Program-made: the position numbers and the translations under genes | The notes under the pieces: generated by a model | Told to the model about the DNA's origin: nothing | Databases searched by the model: none | The model's input: the letters and a program-made list of their open reading frames with translations, nothing else | Shown here: positions 1-10,750 of the stretch, one piece after another | Layout: the number at the start of each line of letters is the position of its first letter | Numbering within the stretch: the stretch's first letter is position 1 | DNA from: Arcobacteraceae bacterium | GTDB lineage: Bacteria > Campylobacterota > Campylobacteria > Campylobacterales > Arcobacteraceae | Length of the DNA stretch: 52,532 nt | Assembly (NCBI GenBank): GCA_048268245.1 | Contig: JBLWVX010000017.1 | Coordinates: 1 to 52,532 of the forward strand | Reading direction: 5' to 3'

Positions 1-122
1 TGATATTTACTTTTGATAAAGATATCTTATTTGAAAGCTTTATTATGGTTTATATATCTTGGTTTATCATAATAATACTTTTAAAATTTATATCTAGTTC
101 AATTAAAATAAAAGAGTAAATC

Positions 123-3023
123 ATGTTTGAATTATATGAAGTAATAACTATATTTTCTAGTTATATGTTAATACTTTTCGTATTTGCGTATTTCCTTGAA
201 AACAAAAGATTTAATTTTTCATCTCAAACAAGAGCATATTTATATTCATTATCTTTAGCTATTTATTGTACTGCCTGGACATATTACGGAAGTGTAGGTA
301 AGGTTACAAGTAGCGGTATTATATTTTTAGCTGTATATTTAGGACCTACACTTATTATTTTCTTATGGCCTATTATTCTTCAAAGATTAATTAAAATAAA
401 AGATAGATATAAAGTAACAAGTCTAGCCGATTTGATTTCAGTAAGATACGATAAATCAATGCTGGTTGGTGCTATTGTAAGCTTTGGTACGCTTGTAGGA
501 ATTATTCCATATATCTCTATACAGTTAAAAGCTATAATTCAATCAATTGATATTCTAACTATTAGTCATCACTCTAATTTTGTAACGGACAATACAAGTT
601 CAGATAGTATTGGTTTGTTTATAGTATTTTTGATGGCATTTTTTACTATTATATTTGGATTAAGAAAACTTGACCCCTCAGAGCGTCATTTTGGTATGGT
701 TTTTATTGTTGCTATTGAATCAATAGTAAAATTAATTGCTATTTTGATTATTGGTGTTTTTGTATCGTTTTTTTTATATCCAGATATTTCTATTATTTTA
801 GATGAAGCTTCTTCTAATGGATTATTTAAACAGATTAATTCAAGTATTGGAGTTGATTACTCTTCTTGGATAAGTTTATTGATTTTATCTATGTTCGCTG
901 TAATGTTTTTACCAAGACAGTTTCATATTAGTGTTGTAGAAAACTCTGATATAAGTCATATCAAAACTGCAATGTGGGTATTTCCTCTATATCTTTTATT
1001 AATTACTTTTTTTACTATACCAATTGCATTGGCAGGTGAGTTAATATCTACGGATCATGATTTAAGTGATTTTTATGTTCTTACTCTTCCTTTAAATATG
1101 AATGAACCTTTATTAGTAATCATTGCCTTTATTGGTGGTTTTTCTGCATCTACAAGTATGATAATGATTACTTCTATGACTATGGCTATTATGGTTAGTA
1201 ACTATTTTGTTTTACCACTAATTCAATCGAGTGCTAGATTAAGATTCTTGAAAAAAAGATTACTATTTCTTAGATGGGTTATTGTAACTTTAATTATCTA
1301 TTTTAGCTATTTATTTTATATATATATTTCTAAAACAAATTTAATAGTTAATGTTGGACTTATATCTTTTACTGCTATTTTACAGTTTGCACCTATTATC
1401 TTGGGAGGTTTATTTTGGGAGAGAGCAAATAAAAAAGGCGCACTAGCTGGACTAATAATAGGTTTTAGTGTTTGGTTTTATACTCTTATTATTCCTCAAT
1501 TTGAAAAAATGAATTATATTACTGAGTTTGGACCTTTTGGTATTGAAAGTTTAAAGCCTACTGCTTTATTTGGTTTAGATAGTTTTAGTTCTATACCTCA
1601 TGCTGTTTTATTTACAATGGTATTTAATATCAGTGCTTATATTATATTTTCATTACTTAATAAGTCAACTCAAGTAGAAATAAAAGTGGCAATTGATTTT
1701 ATAAATATTTTAAAAAATAAAGAAGAAAACCATTATAAGGGAGAACTAGAAGATAATATTTTAGTTGGAGAAAAAGTAAAAATATTTGAAAATATTTTAT
1801 TGGATTACTTTCCTTCAAGAAAAACAAGTATGATTATTTTAAAGCTGAAAAAAGAGTTTAGACTTTATAAAAAAGAAAAAATGAATATTTTACAGTTATC
1901 TAAACTATATGCATATATAGAAAAGATCTTATCGGGAACACTTGGAACAGCAGGAGCTTATAGTGTATTAAAAAATAGTAAAGTTTTTACAGAAGAAGAG
2001 AGTATGGCTCTTTCAAATGTTTATGCAAAAATTTTAAAAGATATGAAAGTTACTCCTGAGCAGTTTACTGAAAAGATTAATTATTTCAAAGAAAAAGAGA
2101 AGCTTTTAACAGAGCATCATGCTCAACTTGAAGAAAAAATCACTCAAAGAGATGAAGAAATTAAAGCAAGAAAAAAAGCTCAAGAAGAAATAAAAGTTTT
2201 AAATGAAACTCTTGAGCAAAAAGTTGAGCTTAGAACCAAAGAGTTAAAAGATTCAATGGATGAATTAAAAAGAACACAAGAGAATTTAATCGAGTCAGAG
2301 AAAATGGCTAGCTTAGGTGAGTTAGTAGCTGGAGTTGCCCATGAGATAAATACTCCTATTGGTTTATCTCTTACAGGTATCACACATTTTATGTCAATGT
2401 CAAGTAAACTTGAAAAAGATTATAAAGATGGAAATTTAAGTGAAGAAGAGTTTGAAGAGTTTATTCAAACATCAAATGAATTATCAAAAACTATAAATAT
2501 CAATCTTGAAAAAACTGCTCAATTAGTTAGAAGTTTCAAACAAGTTGCTGTTGACCAATCTAGTGATGAAAAGAGAGAATTTAATCTTTGTGAGTATTTA
2601 GAAGAGATACTTATAAGTTTAAACAATATTACTAAAAAAACAAAAATAAAAATAAATATTGAGTGTAAAAAAGATATTCTTATTAATAGTTATGCAGGGG
2701 TTTATTCTCAGATTTTTACAAACTTAATTATGAATAGTTTAAAGCATGCTTATGAAAAAGATGAAGAAAATAGTATTGATATAGTTGTAGATGAGAATGA
2801 AAACAGTATCATGATATTTTTTAAAGATTATGGTAAGGGGATAAAAAAAGAGAGTTTATCTAAGATATTTAATCCGTTTTTTACAACAAGTAGAGATAAT
2901 GGTGGAAGTGGTTTAGGTCTTAGTATAGTTTATAATCTTGTTACTACAAAACTAGAAGGTACAATTAGCTGTGAGAGTGAAGAAAAAAAAGGCTCTTACT
3001 TTAATTTAATCATTCCAAAATAG
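123..3023 (+). CDS. Na+/solute symporter (SLC5)-fused sensor histidine kinase, CrbS/CbrA-like
   Basis: N-terminal multi-TM domain with SLAIYCTAWTYYGSVG and LPRQFH motifs; C-terminal H-box ELVAGVAHEINTP, N-box NLIMNSLKHA, G2-box GGSGLGL; no receiver domain. Confidence 0.88.
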   Translation: MFELYEVITIFSSYMLILFVFAYFLENKRFNFSSQTRAYLYSLSLAIYCTAWTYYGSVGKVTSSGIIFLAVYLGPTLIIFLWPIILQRLIKIKDRYKVTSLADLISVRYDKSMLVGAIVSFGTLVGIIPYISIQLKAIIQSIDILTISHHSNFVTDNTSSDSIGLFIVFLMAFFTIIFGLRKLDPSERHFGMVFIVAIESIVKLIAILIIGVFVSFFLYPDISIILDEASSNGLFKQINSSIGVDYSSWISLLILSMFAVMFLPRQFHISVVENSDISHIKTAMWVFPLYLLLITFFTIPIALAGELISTDHDLSDFYVLTLPLNMNEPLLVIIAFIGGFSASTSMIMITSMTMAIMVSNYFVLPLIQSSARLRFLKKRLLFLRWVIVTLIIYFSYLFYIYISKTNLIVNVGLISFTAILQFAPIILGGLFWERANKKGALAGLIIGFSVWFYTLIIPQFEKMNYITEFGPFGIESLKPTALFGLDSFSSIPHAVLFTMVFNISAYIIFSLLNKSTQVEIKVAIDFINILKNKEENHYKGELEDNILVGEKVKIFENILLDYFPSRKTSMIILKLKKEFRLYKKEKMNILQLSKLYAYIEKILSGTLGTAGAYSVLKNSKVFTEEESMALSNVYAKILKDMKVTPEQFTEKINYFKEKEKLLTEHHAQLEEKITQRDEEIKARKKAQEEIKVLNETLEQKVELRTKELKDSMDELKRTQENLIESEKMASLGELVAGVAHEINTPIGLSLTGITHFMSMSSKLEKDYKDGNLSEEEFEEFIQTSNELSKTININLEKTAQLVRSFKQVAVDQSSDEKREFNLCEYLEEILISLNNITKKTKIKINIECKKDILINSYAGVYSQIFTNLIMNSLKHAYEKDEENSIDIVVDENENSIMIFFKDYGKGIKKESLSKIFNPFFTTSRDNGGSGLGLSIVYNLVTTKLEGTISCESEEKKGSYFNLIIPK

Positions 3024-3045
3024 AACGAATGAAGTATAACTACTT

Positions 3046-4251
3046 TTATTCGTTTCTAAGTACATCAATTACATCAATTTTTGTTGCTCTTGAAGCAGGG
3101 TAATAAGATGAAATAAGCACAATAACTACAGCACCTACAATAATAGATATAAAGTCACTTGTAGCTAAATCAAGAGGAAGTTTTGCAGTTCCATATACAT
3201 CAGCAGGAAGTGATACAATATCAAATGTATCTAAAACCCAAAGACCTATGAAACCTAAAACAACACCACATAGAATACCTGAAAAACCAATAATAGTACC
3301 AAGTCTTAAGAAGATTGACTTAATCTCTTTTACACTTGCACCCATTGATAAAAGTAGGGCTATTTCTTTTCTTCTGCTCATTACAGTCATAAGAAGTGAA
3401 GAAATGATATTTAATGATGCTACTAAGATAATAAGCATTAAAACTATAAATAAAGCTGTTTTTTCCATTTTCATAGCAGCAAAGAAGTTTCCATTTTGTT
3501 GCCACCATCCAATAACACCAGCACCACTACCTTCTAAATCTTTCTCAATTAGTTTTATATCTTTAAAGGCATCATCTGAGTATACATGAATACCATCATA
3601 ACTTCCTTCTTCTCTTTTAAGAAGAGTTCTTAATGCTTCAATTGATGTATACATATATGCTTTATCATAGGCATTTAAACCTGATCTAAATGACTCTTGA
3701 AAAGTAAATCTTTTCATTTTAGGAATCATAGAAAAACCAGTAGGGTTTAAATCTGTAAAATATAAAGTAGCTTTTGAACCTTTGTTTAGGTATAACTTAT
3801 CACTAATACCTTGACCTGTTATAATATCATACTTTCTGAGTTCTAAATCACCTAAAGCTTCTTTGTAAATAGAGTTTATTTTAGCTTCTTTTTGTGGTAT
3901 TACCCCAAAAATCATACCACCACTCATAGAGTCACCACTTTGAATAATAGCTTGTGATGAAATATATGGTGAAAACATTAAATTTGGATGTTTTTCTTGA
4001 AGTTGATTTAGAATAGTTTCATCTAATCCATTTTTAAATTTAGAATAAATCGTAAGAGGGTAGTTCATAGTAAAAAGTTTCTTTTCAAACTCTTTAGCTG
4101 TTCCATTCATAATGGCCATAGACAAAATAAGAACCATAACACCTATAGAAACCCCTATAAATGCCAAAATGGCACTTATAGAAATAAAAGGGTTTTTTTT
4201 GTCAAATCTTAGGTACTTTTTTACAATAAAGTTTATTAACTTTTTATTCAA
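3046..4251 (-). CDS. lolE: Lipoprotein-releasing ABC transporter permease (LolC/E family)
   Basis: FtsX/MacB-type topology, ISAILAFIGVSIGVMVLILSMAIMNG and RRKEIALLLSMGAS motifs; next to secA and lolA. Confidence 0.85.
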   Translation of the reverse strand: MNKKLINFIVKKYLRFDKKNPFISISAILAFIGVSIGVMVLILSMAIMNGTAKEFEKKLFTMNYPLTIYSKFKNGLDETILNQLQEKHPNLMFSPYISSQAIIQSGDSMSGGMIFGVIPQKEAKINSIYKEALGDLELRKYDIITGQGISDKLYLNKGSKATLYFTDLNPTGFSMIPKMKRFTFQESFRSGLNAYDKAYMYTSIEALRTLLKREEGSYDGIHVYSDDAFKDIKLIEKDLEGSGAGVIGWWQQNGNFFAAMKMEKTALFIVLMLIILVASLNIISSLLMTVMSRRKEIALLLSMGASVKEIKSIFLRLGTIIGFSGILCGVVLGFIGLWVLDTFDIVSLPADVYGTAKLPLDLATSDFISIIVGAVVIVLISSYYPASRATKIDVIDVLRNE

Positions 4252-4252
4252 A

Positions 4253-6871
4253 TTAATTACCTGCTGCTAAACCTCTTTTAGGTCCGCTTTTTCCATGACA
4301 GTTTTTGTATTTTTTACCTGAACCACAAGGACAAGGGTCATTTCTTGCTATTTTCTTTTCATTTGCGAAGATTTTTTGCTCTTCAACATTTGTAATAGCA
4401 CCTTCATTTGCCTCTTCCATTTGCTCTTTCATTTTATTTAGAGCTTCTTGTTCTTTCTGTGCATCTTCATTTGATTGAAGTTGTACTGTAAATAGAATTT
4501 TAATAATCTCATTTTTAATGTTTGAGATTAATTCGATAAACATGTTATAAGACTCTTTTTTGTACTCAACTAATGGATCTTTTTGGTTGTAACCTCTAAG
4601 ACCAATACCTGTTTTAAGAGTATCCATAGAGTATAAGTGTTCTCTCCATGCGTTATCTAAGATTTGTAAGTAAAGTACTCTTTCAATCTCTGATTTTTGT
4701 TCAGGCGCTGCTATAGACATCTTTTTCTCATAAACTTCTTTGATAATAGAGATTAATTTTTGTTCTAATTCTTCATAAGATTCAGACTCAATATCTTCTT
4801 TCTTTACTACTAAGTGTAACTCTTCTTTGAATTTTGCAAGAATATAATCATAGTTGTAGTCTTCTGCTGGCATACCATCAATAATTTCAGCATCTGCTAA
4901 AATATTTGCTATATATTCAGCTCTATTTTCTTCAAGTTTTGAATCAATATCATAATCAGGTTTTAAAAGGTCATTTCTAAACGCGTAGATCACTTTTCTC
5001 TGCTCATTTGCTACATCATCATATTCAAGTAGATGTTTTCTACTTTCAAAGTGCATTGATTCTACTTTTTTCTGCGCATTTTCAACGGCTCTTGTAACCA
5101 TTCTTGATTCGATATGCTCACCTTCTTCAATACCAACTCTTTCCATGATACCAGCAATCTTATCTGAACCAAAGATTCTAAGTAGATTATCTTCAAGTGA
5201 TAAGTAGAATTGAGATTCACCAACATCACCTTGTCTACCTGCTCTACCTCTTAACTGATTATCAATTCTTCTTGATTCATGTCTTTCTGTACCTAAGATA
5301 ACTAAACCACCAAGGTCTAAAATCTCTTGAGTTAATTTAATATCAACCCCTCTACCTGCCATATTTGTAGCAATAGTTACAGCACCTCTTTGTCCTGCAT
5401 CTGCAATAATTTTACTTTCTTTTTCATGCTGTTTAGCATTTAAGATTGTATGAGGAATTTTTTTGTCTTTTAAAATTTTATGTAATGTTTCTGATTTTTC
5501 TATTGAGGCAGTACCAACAAGAACTGGCTGTCCTTTTTCATGTAACTCTTTAATTCTGTTACATACTGCTTCAAATTTTTCTCTTTCACTTTTATAGATT
5601 AAGTCATTTTTATCTATTCTTTGAATTTCAACATTTGTAGGAATTGATACAACGTCTAAGTTATAGATTTCTGCGAATTCTGTTGCTTCTGTTTGCGCAG
5701 TACCTGTCATACCTGCTAGTTTATCATACATTCTAAAGTAGTTTTGGAATGTAATATCTGCTAGAGTTTGAGACTCTTCTTGAATAGATACATTCTCTTT
5801 AGCTTCTAAAGCTTGGTGTAAGCCTTCACTAAATCTTCTACCTTCACTTAATCTTCCAGTAAACTCATCTACGATTATAACTTGATTGTCTTTTACAACA
5901 TAATCTACATCTTTTACGAAAATGTAGTTTGCTTTTAAAGCTTGGTCTAAACTATGCGATAACATAGCATTTTCTAAAGAGTATAGATTTTCAACTTCAA
6001 AAAGTTTTTCTGCTTTTTCTATACCTTGTTCTGTTAATGCAACAGCTTTGTTCTTTTCATCAACTGTGTAATCTCCAGTTGTTTTAACTTTTTCTGTTGG
6101 ATCTTTTGGTTCAATAACTTCACCTCTTTCTAGTTTTAAAGCAATTTCGTTTGCTTTTAAGTAGTTAGAGTTTTTGTGATTTGTAGGTCCACTAATAATA
6201 AGTGGAGTTCTAGCTTCATCAATTAAAATCGAGTCAACTTCATCTACGATTACGAAGTTATGTTCTCTTTGAACTTTTTCATTGATGTCTAAAACCATAT
6301 TATCTCTTAGGTAATCAAAACCAAATTCATTGTTTGTACCATAAGTAATATCAGCAATATATTGCTCTCTTCTTAGTCCATCATCTCTAATATCACCAGT
6401 AATAGCTCCAACACTATATCCTAGGAAGTTGTATAATGGCTCTAATTCTGCTGCATCTCTTGATGCAAGGTAGTCATTTACTGTAACTACGTGCACACCT
6501 TTACCACTTAAGGCATTTAATGAAACTGCAAGTGAACCAACTAAAGTTTTACCTTCACCTGTTTTCATTTCAGCAATTCTACCTTCATGAAGTACCATAG
6601 CACCTACTAGCTGTACATCATAAGGTCTCATATTAAGAACTCTTTTACTAGCCTCTCTTGTCATAGCAAAGGCATCGTTTAGTACTTCATCTAGTGATTT
6701 ATTCTCTTCTTGTACTTGTTTTTTTAACTCGTTAAAATTGTCTTGTAATTCTTCATCGCTTAAGCTTTCGTATTTACTTTCTAAGGCATTAATAGCTTCA
6801 GCTCTTTTTCTATATTGTTTTACTTCTCTATCATTTCGAGTACCAAAAATCTTTGAAAAAACATTAAACAT
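4253..6871 (-). CDS. secA: Preprotein translocase ATPase SecA
   Basis: MKTGEGKT Walker [22 protein letters not shown]-terminal [18 protein letters not shown] zinc motif. Confidence 0.99.
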   Translation of the reverse strand: MFNVFSKIFGTRNDREVKQYRKRAEAINALESKYESLSDEELQDNFNELKKQVQEENKSLDEVLNDAFAMTREASKRVLNMRPYDVQLVGAMVLHEGRIAEMKTGEGKTLVGSLAVSLNALSGKGVHVVTVNDYLASRDAAELEPLYNFLGYSVGAITGDIRDDGLRREQYIADITYGTNNEFGFDYLRDNMVLDINEKVQREHNFVIVDEVDSILIDEARTPLIISGPTNHKNSNYLKANEIALKLERGEVIEPKDPTEKVKTTGDYTVDEKNKAVALTEQGIEKAEKLFEVENLYSLENAMLSHSLDQALKANYIFVKDVDYVVKDNQVIIVDEFTGRLSEGRRFSEGLHQALEAKENVSIQEESQTLADITFQNYFRMYDKLAGMTGTAQTEATEFAEIYNLDVVSIPTNVEIQRIDKNDLIYKSEREKFEAVCNRIKELHEKGQPVLVGTASIEKSETLHKILKDKKIPHTILNAKQHEKESKIIADAGQRGAVTIATNMAGRGVDIKLTQEILDLGGLVILGTERHESRRIDNQLRGRAGRQGDVGESQFYLSLEDNLLRIFGSDKIAGIMERVGIEEGEHIESRMVTRAVENAQKKVESMHFESRKHLLEYDDVANEQRKVIYAFRNDLLKPDYDIDSKLEENRAEYIANILADAEIIDGMPAEDYNYDYILAKFKEELHLVVKKEDIESESYEELEQKLISIIKEVYEKKMSIAAPEQKSEIERVLYLQILDNAWREHLYSMDTLKTGIGLRGYNQKDPLVEYKKESYNMFIELISNIKNEIIKILFTVQLQSNEDAQKEQEALNKMKEQMEEANEGAITNVEEQKIFANEKKIARNDPCPCGSGKKYKNCHGKSGPKRGLAAGN

Positions 6872-6928
6872 AAAATTAATTCCTTTTTGTTATAATCCCT
6901 AAGATTATATAGAAAAAAAGGTTAAAGT

Positions 6929-7462
6929 ATGTTTTATAAAATAGGATTGTTTCTAATTGGTTTCACATTAGTTTCAAATGCTTCGATTAATATAGAAAAA
7001 TTAGATACATTTAAATCAGATTTTACTCAAAGTATTAAATCAACAACAGGAAAAACTATAGAGTATAAAGGTGCTGTTTTTATAAAAAAAGATGGAAAAA
7101 TCCTATGGCGATATAAAACACCAATCATAAAAAATGTATATGTTTTAAATAACTTCGCGATTATTGATGAGCCAGAGTTAGAGCAGGCTATTTATACTAC
7201 TTTGGAAACAGAAGTAAATATCATCAAACTTTTACAAGGTGCAAAAGAAGTAGAAAAAAACAGCTTTTTAGCAAACTATCAAAATGTAGATTATCTTATC
7301 AAAACTTCAAATGAAGAGAATAAAATAGATACTATTTCATACAAAGATAGACTAGAAAATAGTGTAACTATAAAATTTAATGACTCTATAATAAATGACA
7401 AAATAGAAGATAATCTTTTTAAATTTACAGCTCCTGATTATTATGACATCATAAGAAAATAA
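6929..7462 (+). CDS. lolA: Outer-membrane lipoprotein carrier protein LolA
   Basis: Signal peptide; F-x-Q, WRYKTP, EPELEQA and C-terminal FKFTAP..DII motifs; divergent from secA. Confidence 0.88.
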   Translation: MFYKIGLFLIGFTLVSNASINIEKLDTFKSDFTQSIKSTTGKTIEYKGAVFIKKDGKILWRYKTPIIKNVYVLNNFAIIDEPELEQAIYTTLETEVNIIKLLQGAKEVEKNSFLANYQNVDYLIKTSNEENKIDTISYKDRLENSVTIKFNDSIINDKIEDNLFKFTAPDYYDIIRK

Positions 7463-7480
7463 ATTTTAAGAAAAATTGGA

Positions 7481-7486
7481 TATAAT
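7481..7486 (+). promoter_or_regulatory. Probable sigma70 -10 box of rnpB
   Basis: TATAAT about 10 nt upstream of the RNase P RNA P1 helix. Confidence 0.6.
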
Positions 7487-7496
7487 TTCGCCTCTT

Positions 7497-7822
7497 TAAG
7501 GTAAACCAGACAATAGCTTGAACTTATGTTCAAGAGGAAAGTCCGGGCTGCAGTGAAGTATGGTTCCATTTAGAGAATGGCTAGGGTAACCTAAGGGATA
7601 GTGCAACAGAGAGTAGACAGCCGATTTGTCGGTGATGGTGAAACGGTGAGGTAAGAGCTCACCAGACTTTTGAGTAATCTTAAGTGCTTTGTAAACCCAA
7701 CCAGCAGCAAGAAGACCCGGTATTTACTTCACATTTTTGGTCTTCGCAAGATTAGCTAAGTAATTTGCTAACTAGATAAATTATTGTCTTAAAAACAGAA
7801 CTCGGCTTATTGGTTTACCTTA
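7497..7822 (+). ncRNA. rnpB: Ribonuclease P RNA (bacterial)
   Basis: Universal motifs GAGGAAAGTCCGGGC, AGTGCAACAGAG, GTAAACCC, ACAGAACTCGGCTTA; terminal P1 pairing TAAGGTAAACCA (7497-7508) with TGGTTTACCTTA (7811-7822). Confidence 0.97.
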
Positions 7823-7827
7823 TAACT

Positions 7828-7914
7828 TTACAATGATTTACAAACACTTACAAAATAAGCCTTTATTAAAAAATATACCATTATAAGATTATTATTGAAT
7901 TACATACAATTACA
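7828..7914 (+). repeat. 10-bp-phased short direct repeats immediately after rnpB
   Basis: TTACAA at 7828, 7838, 7848; AATTACA at 7898, 7908. Confidence 0.6.
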
Positions 7915-8023
7915 ATTATAACCGTGTTAATAACTTAATACTGTTCATTTTTAACACTGTGAAGGAAAAATATAGCTTAAGTTAAACAAAATATGATGGA
8001 TTTTAATCTTCAAAGTCTTAATT

Positions 8024-8743
8024 ATGAAAGGTTCGAAGAATGAATTTGATACAATTCCAGTTATGAAAATTAGTGAATTAAAAGAAGCAGAGCGGATAAA
8101 AATATCATTGTTAAAATATATCTATAAAAATACAAAAGGTAGATACATCGCAGTTCCTGAAGTATCTCTTCCTCAAAGTATTGCTGATATACTAGTTACA
8201 AATGGAGATATTCATATCTATGAAATAAAATCAAAAGCAGATAGTCTAGTAAGACTGGAAAAACAGATAAATGATTATAAAAGATTTGCACATAGAGTAA
8301 CAGTTGTAGCGGATGAAAAATTTATTAGTAAATTAGATACTTTAGATTTTATGAAAGGTGTTGGTATTATATCAGTTAATAACAGATATAGTCTTAGGCA
8401 TATTAGAGATAGTAAAAAGTTTGAAGTTGGTAAGAATTTTTATTTAGCGTATTGGAGTCCTATTGAATTAAGAGAGAGTTTAAGAGGATTTGAAAAGTGG
8501 TATAAATACTCCACAGATGAAGCATATGATAAAATATTAGATTTATTAAGTGAAGAAGAATTGAGAAAAGTAACTTTATTTAGATTAAAAGAAAAGTATA
8601 TTAAAGAACATTTAAAAAGAAAAGATTTAATTACAGATAAAGATTATGAAAGAGCTCTTCTTTCTAGATTTAAAGACTTGGAAGATTTAAGTATTACTCC
8701 ACTTAAATATCTTCCAGCATATGTTTTTAGAGATTTTGACTAG
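8024..8743 (+). CDS. sce7726-like PD-(D/E)XK nuclease-fold protein
   Basis: VPEVSL...IADILVTNGDIHIYEIKSKADSLVRLEKQINDY..F..VTVVAD matches the sce7726-type E..AD..YEIKS..D...RL..Q...Y pattern as recalled. Confidence 0.78.
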   Translation: MKGSKNEFDTIPVMKISELKEAERIKISLLKYIYKNTKGRYIAVPEVSLPQSIADILVTNGDIHIYEIKSKADSLVRLEKQINDYKRFAHRVTVVADEKFISKLDTLDFMKGVGIISVNNRYSLRHIRDSKKFEVGKNFYLAYWSPIELRESLRGFEKWYKYSTDEAYDKILDLLSEEELRKVTLFRLKEKYIKEHLKRKDLITDKDYERALLSRFKDLEDLSITPLKYLPAYVFRDFD

Positions 8744-10179
8744 ATTTTTATAAAATTATGAATAATTGAAAAGGCATTATGTCTAAAACATAACGTTTTT
8801 ATAATTCCAGGTGTTGTTATTTCAGGATAAAAATCTTTTAGTGAAATATCAGCATCACATATTTTTTCATTCATAAACATTGAACCATGTTTATCATAGT
8901 CAAGTATACCCTCTGCAATATCTTGAAGTAGTTTTTTCATAGAATGTTTATATCCTAGTTTAGTTCTACCTGTATTTCTATCTCGTGTTACATCATCTTC
9001 ACTCCATCCTCTTCTTATCAGTAATTTCATAGAACTATCTAAGCTAGATAAAACTACACGAGCCGTTCCTCTTCCTCCTGAGGGCATTTCAGTGATTGTT
9101 TTTCTATCAAAACCACAGTAGTCACCATAACCTATTTCTTTTTCAATTGCTCTATCTTGAACTATAGATTCATAAACAAGTAATGGTTGGTTTGAATTTA
9201 TAATATTTTCATTTGCATCATCTCTTGCAATGGATATATCATCTGTATTAAATTGTGCTCCTAAATATATTATATTTACAAATTGATATTTAGCTGCCTC
9301 TTTTATGTAGTCTTTTATTATTGGTGTATTAAAGTTTGTGTTTAAATCAAATATTAAATGAATATCATGAATATCTACAATCTCTTTAATATGTAGTAAG
9401 AAGCTACTTGGTTCTGAAACTCTTAATGCAATTTCAGCATATTCATTGTTTAGTCTTCTTATGAAAGATTCAAAGTCTTGAATATTCGCATTTTTACCTT
9501 CCCACTTAAATACAGGAATTATTAATTCTTTCTTTTCAATCATTTTTAAATGATTTATTTTTGAGTCGATTTTTAAAAATTTTTCTATAGGTTTAGGGAT
9601 ATTTGTAACCATTTTACCTAGCTCTTTTTTTTCATTTTTTCTAGCTATTTTAGCATCTTCTCTTTGTTCTTTATTTGTCATTTCTTTCATAGATGAAATA
9701 TCTAGGAAATGTTTCATATCAATTAATTCATCATTTAAATATGATGCAAATTTATCTTCATTTTCAATATCTAGTAAAGGGATTACTTTTTTATTTGTTA
9801 ATTCGAATAGTACTGTACTAGTAGTATTTGTATATGCTAATGTTGGAACATAAAGGTTAATCTCTAAATCCTCTATTTTTTCATCATTAAAGTACTCTTT
9901 TTTATTATCAATAAAAATCTCAAAATCATTTATTTCATCAGTATCTTCATCTGTTTCAATAATAATATATGTACCAATATTTGATGAGTTAATCATTATT
10001 GAGTAAATAATATCATTATATTCAAATTCTTCTTTAGTTGTTACTAAACTATCTTTATTTTTTTCTGCTTCATTTGGGGCAGGAATGTTAAAAGAATCTA
10101 TACCTTCTCCATTGCACATAATAATCGCTTTTGCATTTCCAAAAGTTCTTATCGAAGAATTAAAATCTATAAAACTCAT
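8740..10179 (-). CDS. Beta-family (P4 beta / sce7725-like) protein with an acidic N-terminal extension
   Basis: C-terminal about 290 aa has IIPV, IALRV, HLIFDL, YGDY then 'MPSGGRG' and terminal H, as in Beta_protein-type proteins; convergent with the sce7726-like gene. Confidence 0.65.
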   Translation of the reverse strand: MSFIDFNSSIRTFGNAKAIIMCNGEGIDSFNIPAPNEAEKNKDSLVTTKEEFEYNDIIYSIMINSSNIGTYIIIETDEDTDEINDFEIFIDNKKEYFNDEKIEDLEINLYVPTLAYTNTTSTVLFELTNKKVIPLLDIENEDKFASYLNDELIDMKHFLDISSMKEMTNKEQREDAKIARKNEKKELGKMVTNIPKPIEKFLKIDSKINHLKMIEKKELIIPVFKWEGKNANIQDFESFIRRLNNEYAEIALRVSEPSSFLLHIKEIVDIHDIHLIFDLNTNFNTPIIKDYIKEAAKYQFVNIIYLGAQFNTDDISIARDDANENIINSNQPLLVYESIVQDRAIEKEIGYGDYCGFDRKTITEMPSGGRGTARVVLSSLDSSMKLLIRRGWSEDDVTRDRNTGRTKLGYKHSMKKLLQDIAEGILDYDKHGSMFMNEKICDADISLKDFYPEITTPGIIKTLCFRHNAFSIIHNFIKI

Positions 10180-10748
10180 ATGTTTACCCCCATTTTTTTA
10201 AGTCTATATTTCATTGCAGTTTTTGAAACATCGAACTTTAAAGATAGTTTCTCAATGATTTCATCTTTACTAAAATTACTATTCTCTTCTAAAATCTTTT
10301 TAGTTTCTTTTGTTATCAGTTCCGAAGGCATTAGTAATTGAGAAGCAAAACTATTTGCTTCCATTTCTATATGATCCCAGTTATCATCTCTATAATAAGT
10401 GATTTCACTATCTTCAATACTTCTATTTTTTGATAAATCGTTTTCAGGAGCTATATGAAGCATAAAGTGACCTAGTTCATGTGCTAATGTGAATCTTATT
10501 CTTTCTCTCATAGTAGTTTTCATAGGATTTATCCAAATCTCAGGTTCATTATCTTTTACAGAAATCATCCCATCTAGTTTTATCTTTTTAAAATTAGGTT
10601 TTTTATTTAATTTAATATTTAGATAGTTAATAATAGTATCTATTTCTATTGGAAGTTTTAAATTAAAATCAGGTTGACTTTCTAAAAAATCTAATAAATC
10701 ATAAGCAGAAGTTTTTTGCTTTAAGAAGTTTAAATATTTTTTTTCCAT
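10176..10748 (-). CDS. ImmA/IrrE family zinc metallo-endopeptidase (no N-terminal HTH)
   Basis: RIRFTLAHELGH (HExxH), EMEANSFASQLLMP, FDVSKTAMKYRL. Confidence 0.92.
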   Translation of the reverse strand: MEKKYLNFLKQKTSAYDLLDFLESQPDFNLKLPIEIDTIINYLNIKLNKKPNFKKIKLDGMISVKDNEPEIWINPMKTTMRERIRFTLAHELGHFMLHIAPENDLSKNRSIEDSEITYYRDDNWDHIEMEANSFASQLLMPSELITKETKKILEENSNFSKDEIIEKLSLKFDVSKTAMKYRLKKMGVNI

Positions 10749-10750
10749 AA

